From positions 62,001 to 126,000 of the forward strand of contig PDIP01000033.1 of NCBI GenBank assembly GCA_002811645.1: a DNA stretch of 64,000 nucleotides, read 5' to 3'. A program made the position numbers and the translations under genes. This document shows, in pieces, positions 43,594 to 53,333 of this stretch. Under the pieces are notes generated by a model. That model was not told where the DNA came from. It worked only from the letters and a program-made list of their open reading frames with translations, and searched no databases. Position 1 is the first letter of the stretch. Every line of letters begins with the position of its first letter. This DNA is from Corallochytrium limacisporum Hawaii (Eukaryota > Protista > Pluriformea).

Positions 43594-44182
43594 GCTTATC
43601 TATGGCTTTCTACCACTCTAGGTTTTGTAACGTAAGGCCCATGCTAAATTCTCATAAACTACGACGACGCCATTTTCAGTAAATGCTGTGACCGGGCTAC
43701 ACCTTGCAAATCTACAAGGTAGACAAATACTGCGTGGGATCCGTCCTTGCAGACCATGCCTGGTCATCCTTATCTTCTTGTCCAATGTAGCTGTCGACGG
43801 TTGGTTCCCACTACGAGCAGTGACGTGCCAGTCAAACACCGAAATTTCACGTCATGGAACACTCCACCAGGGATCCACCAACCGTACTTGAAGTTCCCGT
43901 CCTACCCTCCACGCGGGTCTTTGGAACCCCCAGGCCCCAATCCCGACCCCCCTCAGGGGGAAGGGGGTAGGCCTAGCGGTGGAGAGTGCCTCGGCTCAGA
44001 GGGGACACCTGCGGGTGCCAGATAGTGTCCACTCAAGAGGTACTTCGGAGGGGTTGTCTAGGCCCACGTAGGCTCCAACCGATTGTTTCTTCTCAGCTCT
44101 TCAATAGTGTTGAAGGCATAGATGTTCTAGTATGAAGGGATCGTGACCAGAACAAATATAGTCAGCAGCCAGACTCCCAAGT

Positions 44183-44923
44183 ATGACTACCTGGCGCAGA
44201 GAGTACTACCCAATGCGTCAGCAACGGGAGAAGCCCTACAAATACCAATTGCCTTCGAACGGGCCGGAAGTAAAGCTCTACCAATCATGGGCTGGCATTG
44301 GTACCACGGTCTGGGACGGAGCGATCGCGCTGGCGCGGTACGTGGAGCACCAAGGGATAACGAACTCTCTGGAACTCTCGCACCTAAAACATGTCGGACC
44401 GCTGCGGATCGTGGAACTGGGGGCGGGCCTGGGTCTGAACAGCATCTCTCTGGCTTACCTACTGGCTAAGGAAGACATTGCTGCGCACATTACTGTGACG
44501 GAATCTGCGAGTGGGAAATGCCTGGACGACCTGCGCAAGACTGTTGACGAGTTCAACGACAAGGTCCTGAGCAAGTACCCGCACGTGAAACTCGACGTTG
44601 AAGAGTTAACCTGGGGCGATGCGCAAACAAACTTGCTACGACAGGGCAAAGATTGCCAAAAGCACAAAGTTGACATCATTCTTGGAGCTGAGATTCTGTA
44701 CGAGGCTGAAGCGGCAATTGCCATGGCCGAATCGGTGGACACTTTGTGCAAGAAGGAACAGTGTCTGGGCCTCTTTAGCCACGGGCGAAATCGTGCCGGT
44801 AGAGACGCCTTTGAGGACAGTTGCCGGGAATCTAATTTCACCGTCATCGACATCCCACCGGGGGAACAGCATCCGAAGTTCCAGGACGCAGAGGTGGTGA
44901 AGATGTTCAAGATGAGGCGGTAG
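44183..44923 (+). CDS. METTL21/Methyltransf_16-family protein methyltransferase
   Basis: GIGTTVWDGAIALARY, IVELGAGLGL (motif I), LTWG and DIILGAEILY. Confidence 0.88.
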   Translation: MTTWRREYYPMRQQREKPYKYQLPSNGPEVKLYQSWAGIGTTVWDGAIALARYVEHQGITNSLELSHLKHVGPLRIVELGAGLGLNSISLAYLLAKEDIAAHITVTESASGKCLDDLRKTVDEFNDKVLSKYPHVKLDVEELTWGDAQTNLLRQGKDCQKHKVDIILGAEILYEAEAAIAMAESVDTLCKKEQCLGLFSHGRNRAGRDAFEDSCRESNFTVIDIPPGEQHPKFQDAEVVKMFKMRR

Positions 44924-45123
44924 TTTGTCTCACAGGACAAAAACTGTGTACAGTTCCGAAAAGAGAAACATAGAGAGTAACATTAGTCAGAAATGTGGTG
45001 ATCATAATGGGCCAAGTGCCAAAAATTCTTTAATGTTTATGATGACTTCTTTCCTTATGCTATAAAATCCGGTTCCCTGCGGTTGCAAATCGTACCTCAA
45101 ATTCGTCTGAAGTCTCAAACGCC

Positions 45124-46410
45124 TCAGACGGCAAACTGGAACACCCGGTACACAAAGCTGTGTTCAACGAGACGCTCCCTGTTGTAATGCACATGGGAAC
45201 CAAAGAGCGTGTTGTAGTAGATGCGCACGTCAGCCTGGGTCATCAGGCTATTGTACAGATCGCGCCAGGCGCGGATGCGAGTGCGACCACTAAAGGTCGG
45301 CAGCACGTCGTGGAGCACGGCCTTGAACAGGGCCACCGTGGTCACGGTGCTCAGTTCAACAAAGAGCAGAGCGACCGTGATCGGACGTACCACCAGCAGG
45401 AGAATGACCAGGAAGATCACATCCATGACGATGGACAGAGAGTTGCCGATAAAGCCACGATTCTTCTCAATGTGATCCGGGCGCATCTTGTCATTTATCT
45501 CGGATAATTCCATGTGTTCCTTCAGGGCCTTGGCAATCTTCTTACCCTTCATCTTGCCCACAGTTTCATGCACCTTCAGATGGCCCGGGGTCGGCTCAGT
45601 GATTAGACCGCGACCCATCATCCAGTCCACAGTGTCGCAGTAGCCGAGGTCGAAGAGGCGCAGGAATTCCTTTCGAGTGGCTGGGTAGGCGCCCCACCAG
45701 AGCGGCGTAAACAGCGTTGGGCGGATATCCGCGCGATGGAAGTAGACTGGGCTCACCGTCACACTGTCCTCGTCAATCATGGGCTGGAAGTCCGTCAGAC
45801 CGCCGTCAAAGACCCAACCGTAGCCCTCGAGGTAGAATGGGAACCCGGCGATGGGAGTGGCACAGCAACTGGCCAGCAGTGCTTGAATCAGGAACTCCCG
45901 GGTAGGGAATTTCGTGATGCGAACGTTGGTGCAATAGGGCAAGATGGTCACAGACACCTCCAGACGACCTTCCAGTTTCTCACGCGTCCGTTCCCAGGGC
46001 TGGTTGGGCATGAGACGCTCGATGCTTTCCCTAACAAAATCCCGCAGCTTGAACATATTTCGGATGTCTCCGTGGGTACGATCCAAACATTCCAATGCAA
46101 AGTCCCGAATCGCGTCAAAATCACAGTCCAGGATCAGTGCCGTGCTCACCAAGGTTCCAGCGGAAGCACCGGCAAAGCAAGCACCGTGGTGGATGCCAGC
46201 TTGCTGCAGGGCCTTAGCCACACCGAAGTAGTACATCTTCAGCCATCCAGCCGCGGCGAAGGAGTAGCTCTTGGGGATGTCCTGGACATTGCTGCTGAGC
46301 GCAAAGGTGCGAGATACCTTACGGCGCCGCATACTGGCCTTTCGTTCTTCCCTAGATTCCATGGTTGCGGGTACGCCGTGGCCTAAGTTTGGACTCGGGG
46401 TGGGGGTCAT
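45124..46410 (-). CDS. Patatin-like phospholipase/lipase (PNPLA) with a C-terminal hydrophobic hairpin
   Basis: SFAAAGWL...FGV oxyanion region, GASAG nucleophile and DGG catalytic Asp, plus a long hydrophobic segment near the C-terminus. Confidence 0.9.
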   Translation of the reverse strand: MTPTPSPNLGHGVPATMESREERKASMRRRKVSRTFALSSNVQDIPKSYSFAAAGWLKMYYFGVAKALQQAGIHHGACFAGASAGTLVSTALILDCDFDAIRDFALECLDRTHGDIRNMFKLRDFVRESIERLMPNQPWERTREKLEGRLEVSVTILPYCTNVRITKFPTREFLIQALLASCCATPIAGFPFYLEGYGWVFDGGLTDFQPMIDEDSVTVSPVYFHRADIRPTLFTPLWWGAYPATRKEFLRLFDLGYCDTVDWMMGRGLITEPTPGHLKVHETVGKMKGKKIAKALKEHMELSEINDKMRPDHIEKNRGFIGNSLSIVMDVIFLVILLLVVRPITVALLFVELSTVTTVALFKAVLHDVLPTFSGRTRIRAWRDLYNSLMTQADVRIYYNTLFGSHVHYNRERLVEHSFVYRVFQFAV

Positions 46411-47619
46411 CCTTCTGTATTGTTCGCTATGAACGTCTGAGGTAAGAAAGCTAAGCTTACCTTTTGTATCCCGCGCTCACTATCGTACTCTCAAAACATA
46501 GGTACACACACACACACACAAATATCGATGCGATTGTTGCCGTACAACGACTAAATACCATTCCCGCAGTTCTCTATCACCGCGTACCCAGGCTCTCAAA
46601 CTCCACGGTGTCTTTCCACCAACAACACGGGCACACTCCCAAACCAACCAGGGAATGGTAAACATCCTTAGACACGCGCAAATGCCCACGTATGACATAA
46701 GAATAGCATCACACCTTCCGCTCTGTCCGTCGACGATGGACGAACGCAGCAACGACCCCACCAGCGGTGCACACGCAAGCAAGGAGCCACGTAGATGCGG
46801 AGGCTACCTACCAAACTCAACCCCCAAACGGGTTTCACCAACGGAACCAGACCCGCCTGTACATTATGTATGTGTCCATGGGATCCATGGACAAGAGAAC
46901 AGCAGCAGCGGGTGAAGCGCGGCACCCGCTCTGCACCTTTGCCGCACACACACACACACAGCCCCGTGACGTTTGCAGCCACAGTGACGGTGAGTTTTTC
47001 ACGGCTTCTGTTTTTCCCGGTTCCCGGCGCCCGCAGAAATGCAAATCACGCGCCCCACTCTTTGTCCCCTTTTCTTTTCTTTTTTGAACTCCATTTTTGT
47101 CCCCCCCCTTCCCCCACCTTTCGATTTTTTTTTCTTTTTTTTTTTGGGGCGCGGGACGAAGGAGAGAAAGTCGTGACAAGAGCCAGTGCGAGAGCGAGAG
47201 AGAGCGAGAGAGAGCGAGAGAGAGAGAAGGGGGGCCAGTCCCGTGATCGGCAACCCCGAACCCGTCGGAAGGTGGGTGGCCAGGCTGACCACCCAACATA
47301 AAAGAAAGGTAAGAAAAAAAAGGAGGGGGAGCAAATCACACCAAATTAAAAAAGGGTGTACATTATTTATGGAAGATCGCTGCGCACAGAGGTGGAAGAG
47401 GAGAGATGGAAGTTGAACGGCTGGCGAGAGAGTGACGGAGAGAGGTGGGTGGGGAGACAGAGAACGCGAGGGCTCGGGTTTATCGGGTCAGCCCGTCTCT
47501 GCGTTTCTTTCATTTCCTTTTTTTTTTTCTATCTACCCTCCCCGGTGCGGGTGGGGGTGGTGGTGGTGGTGGTGAAAATACTGTCACCCCGCGCGTTACA
47601 TAACCCTTCGCCCCCCCCC

Positions 47620-47861
47620 NNNNNNNNNNNNNNNNNNNNNNNNNNNNNNNNNNNNNNNNNNNNNNNNNNNNNNNNNNNNNNNNNNNNNNNNNNNNNNNNN
47701 NNNNNNNNNNNNNNNNNNNNNNNNNNNNNNNNNNNNNNNNNNNNNNNNNNNNNNNNNNNNNNNNNNNNNNNNNNNNNNNNNNNNNNNNNNNNNNNNNNNN
47801 NNNNNNNNNNNNNNNNNNNNNNNNNNNNNNNNNNNNNNNNNNNNNNNNNNNNNNNNNNNNN
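47620..47861. other. Assembly gap (242 N)
   Basis: Run of N bases. Confidence 1.
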
Positions 47862-49411
47862 CCCTTCTTCTCCCTCCTTCCCTCTCCCTTGCCTCCCCCT
47901 CCCCCCGGCCCCGTTCTCGAGTAACGGAAGACCCACGGCACCGTTGTCCCTCCGCCCAGCCAACCAAGCCAACCGCCCCGGTACAATAGAGGCGAGGGAG
48001 ACACAGGAACAGCGAGTGACCGATACACACACAGCACAGCACCTCAAATCACATGAATTTAGACTTGCTGGAGAATACACACCGTTTTTATTATACTTAT
48101 TCTTTGTAATGTATATATTTTAAAATATTTAAACTTTATTACATATCCGGTCTGTATTAAAATACTGACAATTTGCTGGGGCTAAGGAAAACATTTTTTC
48201 CTTTTTCGGCTGGGTTGGTGTCCCCTTTTCTTTTTCCAAGTCCGTGCGAAGGAAAAAAAAGACAGTAGTTTCGGTACTGAAACCAACCCCGGCACCCGCA
48301 GGTCTGGGGACAGCGGGGGGAAGGCCAGACGCGGACACGCCGTTTCCCCCGGTCGCACTGGCCCCGTCCAGGTCCACTTTTATCCCCCATCCTTCCCCAC
48401 CATTTCCATAGTGAACATACGAACATTTCATCCTCGCATTATCAAAAGGGGGAATCGGGGATGATTTGTTTTTTTTTCTCCTTTAATATTTTTCATTTTT
48501 GGGTGTTTGTTTTTCTTGCTACCGGGGACAGCCGTTGCCCAAAGCGGATTGGAGGCAAAGGAGAAGAAGAAGAATAAACCGAAAAGTCCTTCTGCCCTGT
48601 TTTTTTTTGTCCCAAGTATTTTTTGTTGGCATTTTTTTCCATTAGTTTTACCTTGGCTTCCGGAACCCGCTGCGACCTGAGCAGCAGAAACCATATTTTC
48701 TTTTTTTTTTCTTGTTTTGAGGTGATGGGAACGTCTACAGTACATTTAGTATAGAGAACTTTGAACCGCCAATGCACCTTCCTCTCCCCTTTTTCCCCTG
48801 GCGTAAGGGCCGCGGGCCAAAAAATTAAAAGGGGAGGCCCCCCCCGGGGGGGGGGGGGCCAAGGCCCAGAGAGCAGCAGTGCTGCGTGGCGGTGTGATTT
48901 CTGACTGCGCTTCCTTCCTTCCCCCGCGCGCCGTGGACGACGAGCGCTGCGGCGTCACTCGGGCCCGCTCAGGCCATAGTCAGACAACCTCTCCGCGGGC
49001 GTAAGTCGGGGCCTGAACGGCAGTAGGTGAAGCCCGCGCCCCAAAAAATAAGAAAAGGGGAGGGAGAGCGGGGAGACCCGACTGTCACAGGCCCGACACT
49101 CTCTTTCTCCCCCGCCCAGCGGGAGCTCCGGGGCGCACGTCGCTTGCATCGATACGGGACTCGCAGGGATCGGATTCGTTTTCGAAGGGATGTACGTTCG
49201 TGAGCTTGGGAGATTGCCGGGCCGTGTCTGTAGATCACGCTCAGGGTGCATGGTTCAGCACCACGGAAGTAGTTCAAAGTGTCGTTGGTCTTTTAGAACA
49301 AGTAGGAAACTCTACAAACGTTACTTTATACCACAATGCAAATGCTAGCTAAATGTTTACATGATTCGGGGGTTTGTGTTTTCTTTAACATCCAATTGGG
49401 GAAGAGGTTTC

Positions 49412-49457
49412 TCTGTGTGTGTGTGTGTGTGTGTGTCTGTCTGTGTGTCTGTGTGTG
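49412..49457. repeat. (GT)n/(GTCT) microsatellite downstream of the DEAD-box gene
   Basis: Directly visible dinucleotide repeat. Confidence 0.9.
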
Positions 49458-49540
49458 CGAGGGTGGATGTGATGGCGGAGAACATGTTCACGTTGTCCTC
49501 GTCTTCGCACCTCTCGTTGGTGTTTTGGTGATCAAATCGT

Positions 49541-51430
49541 TCACCACAGGCGACGGCGGGATGATGAACCCTCGCGCAGAGATCCAAAGTCACGTTGGCG
49601 ACCCTCATGTGAACGACCTTCGTACTGGCGACCACCGTTGCGGAAGCGATTGAATCGATCCTCGGACCCGTATCCGTGCTGACGGTGTTGCATCTCCCGA
49701 CCGATATCACCTCCAAAGCCGCCGTTGCGTTGGCGGAAATTGGACTGGTTGCGGTATCCATTGTGATGCTTCTTGCGGTGAATGTGGAAATCATCCAAGT
49801 CTTCATCAATCTGACTGTCGAGGTTGTTGAACTGGGCGCCTGCCTTGGCAGCGACCACCCGGGCAAGTATATGTTTGGGGTCCAGATTGTGTTGTTCAAG
49901 ATACTGACTCAAAATACCCTCAAAGGTAGACACAGTCTCATGGTCCTTGACATTGTTCGCATCTTGAATCGCACGGTTGATGATCTCTTCCGCCATGCTC
50001 TTCACGTCAACTGTGAACTTCTGAATATTGCAGCGATGCTTGAGCTCGTTAATCATCCGGCGATCCTCCCGGTTGCCTGCTGCGATAAGAATGCTGGTGC
50101 CATCGCGTCCTGCACGACCGGTCCGTCCACTGCGATGAATGTAGTCCTCCAGTTGTCTTGGTGGCTCGACCTGAATGACAACATCAATTTCGGGCACATC
50201 AATACCACGAGCCATGACGCTGGTGGCGCAGAGAACCTGAATTCTACCCTTGCGGAAGTCTGCCATGGTGGCATCCCGCTGAGCCTGGCTCAGGTCACTG
50301 TTGATGACGGCTGAACGGGCACCACCCCCGAGGCCCGTAGCCAACTCATTGCATTCCCGCTTTGTGTTCAGGAAGACTAGGGCGCGCTTGTACGATGTCT
50401 GGTTCAGCACAGTATTTACGACACCTGATAGGTTGTTCTTAACCTGACGAGTGGTATAGTACAGGTGCTTGACATTAGTAGGCACCTCCAACCTTTGCTG
50501 GGCAACCAGATCCACAACTTTGTGTTCCCGCATATACTGGTGGATGATGTTGCTTAGCGAGCGATCCAGAGTCGCAGTGAAGAGCATCATTTGGCAATCT
50601 GCAGGGCGTGCGTCCAGACATGTGGCGACGTCTTGCTGGAAACCCATGCTCAGCATCTCGTCAGCCTCATCAAGCACAGCCATTTCCAGAGCACTGGTAT
50701 CTAGGACGCCCCGTTCTAGAAGATCCTTCACACGTCCCGGAGTGCCAACCACGACCGCAGTTCCCCTACGCAGAGCGGTGATCTGCGCATTGATCGAGGT
50801 GCCACCGTATACACTAGTCACAGGCATGCGGGTGAACATTGAAATATCCCGAGCGACCTGGTTGGCCAGCTCTCGCGTTGGGCAGAGAACCATAGCATAC
50901 GGCTGGTAGGGTCGAAGGCGCTGGAGTTTCTTGCTCTCCAGAATGTTTATGATGGGCAGACCAAAAGCGAGGGTCTTGCCCGTTCCCGTCAGTGCTGTAG
51001 CCAGCACGTTGTGTCCCTGAAGAACCAGGGGAATAGCCTCTGCCTGAACACCGAATGGTTTTTTAAACCCCGCCCGGGCGAGGGCATCCTTAACCGAAGG
51101 CAGCAAGTTCAGATCGTCAAAGGTCACGTCCGCATGGAGAGTCTCTGAAACATCCTTGGCCCTGCCTTCCCACTCATCATCTTCGGGGGTGACGTACTCG
51201 TTTGAAGTAGCAATATTGTCATCGGGCACAGCTGTCCGCATAGGAGAGCGGCGGTACTCCTGGGGCTCCCATCCATCGGAATCGCTTGCGGGTACGGCCC
51301 TGCTCCCATGTCCGTACGAACTACTCACTAATCTCTTCTGCACGGCCATGGCCACTGGGCGAACCACCCGCTGGCTAGCCACAAGAGGCCGCATGGCGCC
51401 GCTGGCTCTGATCAACGGCGAGCGCCACAT
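49541..51430 (-). CDS. DEAD-box RNA helicase (DDX21/plant RH9-RH53/CsdA-like) with a predicted mitochondrial presequence
   Basis: Q motif, TGTGKT, PTRELA, TPGR, DEAD, ARGID and HRSGRTGRAG. The N-terminus from the ATG at 51430 is Arg/Ser-rich and acid-free; the tail is R/G-rich. Confidence 0.92.
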   Translation of the reverse strand: MWRSPLIRASGAMRPLVASQRVVRPVAMAVQKRLVSSSYGHGSRAVPASDSDGWEPQEYRRSPMRTAVPDDNIATSNEYVTPEDDEWEGRAKDVSETLHADVTFDDLNLLPSVKDALARAGFKKPFGVQAEAIPLVLQGHNVLATALTGTGKTLAFGLPIINILESKKLQRLRPYQPYAMVLCPTRELANQVARDISMFTRMPVTSVYGGTSINAQITALRRGTAVVVGTPGRVKDLLERGVLDTSALEMAVLDEADEMLSMGFQQDVATCLDARPADCQMMLFTATLDRSLSNIIHQYMREHKVVDLVAQQRLEVPTNVKHLYYTTRQVKNNLSGVVNTVLNQTSYKRALVFLNTKRECNELATGLGGGARSAVINSDLSQAQRDATMADFRKGRIQVLCATSVMARGIDVPEIDVVIQVEPPRQLEDYIHRSGRTGRAGRDGTSILIAAGNREDRRMINELKHRCNIQKFTVDVKSMAEEIINRAIQDANNVKDHETVSTFEGILSQYLEQHNLDPKHILARVVAAKAGAQFNNLDSQIDEDLDDFHIHRKKHHNGYRNQSNFRQRNGGFGGDIGREMQHRQHGYGSEDRFNRFRNGGRQYEGRSHEGRQRDFGSLREGSSSRRRLW

Positions 51431-52358
51431 AGTTTCTTCTTGAATCAGTAAATACCGAACCTTTCGAAGAAACCCATGTAACTCCTGAGTTCCGGACTTC
51501 CCGTGGTTGGATTTGTGACCTGAAATAACCGCACGGGGCCCGTACGAGTGATAACACACAGTCTGTCCGAAGGTATCGATACTGACTAAGTTTCTGTCGA
51601 CCGCTTTCCACCAGATAAAGAGTATCACCGCTCAAACAAATGCGGGCCCAGCCTTATCCGCGCCGCACAGTACTTCCAGCAGGGGTTAACCCACACGGCC
51701 AAAGGCGGGTCTCCTTTGCAGTGCTCCGCTCGTTCCCTTCCTGCTTACCCCGTGCCCAGCACAACGACCCACCTGTGTACCGGCCCCCAAACCTGTTTGT
51801 CCCGGGGATCGACACTGTAAAGCTTGCCTCGCACGGTTCCATGCGGTCTCACACACACACATCGCCACCTCCCCCCCCCCCTTTTACCGGAACCAAGCGA
51901 GCCACTCTAACACATAAAGGGTGTTTTGTGAAGCGGGTCGGGTGTCCATAGTGAGAGTTACCGTAAAATAGGGCAACACATTTTGTTGACTGTGCCTGTT
52001 TGCTGGGCCTCAGCTTTTTACGGATGTCCGAAAGCGGGGGCCTATTTATAAGTGCCTGAACCAAGGGCAAATTAACGAGGGCTGTCTGGACGCTTCCCCG
52101 CCCTTCTCTGGTTCTCTCTGGGTGCGGGTCTCCCCAGAGCAGATCTCTGGTCTTCGGTGTTGCCGCAGAGGAGTTGAGCGCTACTTCAGAAGCACATGAA
52201 TGCCACAGGACTTGCTGTTTGCAAAGTGGTAACTGACATGTGAGGTATTTGTGTAAGCGTGCACAATAAACAGCAGGAAATCACAGGGTACAGTATGGAT
52301 AATGTCGCTGTGAGGGAGAAATAAACAAAGAATTGGGTAAACGTTGTCCCGGAGAATC

Positions 52359-53261
52359 ATGACGACACTTGTGCGCTGTGGTGCAAATGCATCCCGTGTA
52401 GTGCCTGTTCTGTCGAAACAATGGCTCAATTCTTCTACACAGTTATTAAATCCTGCACAAACGCAACATGTTGCGCACAAATTGATGCCGGGAATGGTAA
52501 TCTCTTTGACTCGCCTCACGGACGGAAAGACCATACCCATGGTACCGGCGCCGTTGTCAAAATTACCGCAGGAACCGGGTTCGGGCTCCCTTTTGACCCA
52601 TTCCGATCTCTATCTCCCAGATAGCTATTCGTTTTCAGTGCCAGAACCAGTCTTCCAGGATGAGGGAGTATCGATCCCTCCGTCCATGCCGGCACCGCGC
52701 AAACAGCAACCGCAGACATCAACGCCGCAGGGCCTCATGGGTGGACATATCCACCATCCGCATATGAATGATCTTGAGAAGAAGCGTAGACGCCAGGAAT
52801 GGCTTCGGGAGGTGCGACGGAAGACAGATCTGAGCGCTCTTGCCGATCGTTTGCGGCACGACTTGCCGGCATTTTTTGAGGAGGGTCATAAGTTTGACAT
52901 ATACCAGGAGAACATGCTATTTCACGAGGAGCGCAGTGGTATCAAACTGCACTCTCGCACCATGTACAAGCATTGCACAAATATCTTTCGACAAAGCATA
53001 CGCACTTGTTCACCATCTAAACCCATCTTCGAGGTGATGGCCATTGAAAAGGACGAACACAACAACACAATTCGGGTGCGATGGAAAATCATATTCACCG
53101 ATCCCATCCGCCGGAATTATGGTTCACTTCACAATTGGGATGCTATCTCGCGCTTTCATATGAATGCTGCTACGGGCCTGATCGACGCTCATCGAATCAG
53201 TTATGTGCAGGAGGCCAAGGATCCCCAGGTGGACTTGGCCAAGGCCTGTGGCTGGTGCTGA
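52359..53261 (+). CDS. C6orf136/DUF2358-like NTF2-fold protein, probably mitochondrial
   Basis: LRHDLPAFF...IYQENMLF.E...IRVRWKI...WDAISRFHMN..GLI..H pattern and a presequence-like N-terminus. ATG at 52359. Confidence 0.72.
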   Translation: MTTLVRCGANASRVVPVLSKQWLNSSTQLLNPAQTQHVAHKLMPGMVISLTRLTDGKTIPMVPAPLSKLPQEPGSGSLLTHSDLYLPDSYSFSVPEPVFQDEGVSIPPSMPAPRKQQPQTSTPQGLMGGHIHHPHMNDLEKKRRRQEWLREVRRKTDLSALADRLRHDLPAFFEEGHKFDIYQENMLFHEERSGIKLHSRTMYKHCTNIFRQSIRTCSPSKPIFEVMAIEKDEHNNTIRVRWKIIFTDPIRRNYGSLHNWDAISRFHMNAATGLIDAHRISYVQEAKDPQVDLAKACGWC

Positions 53262-53333
53262 AGCCCCAGAGAGTGACATATAGACTACGTGGACAACATG
53301 ACATCATTAACAGTAATATATACATAGTAAGCT

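Noticed and set aside
45035-45115. ATGATGA...CTGA box C/D snoRNA-like spacing with a 9-nt match to LSU rRNA
   Set aside because: There is no convincing terminal stem or D' box, and the match is short and not positioned next to a D/D' box.
48969-49277. NYFRGAE segment resembling the Rab YYRGA motif
   Set aside because: No G1, G3 or G4 GTPase motifs in any nearby frame.
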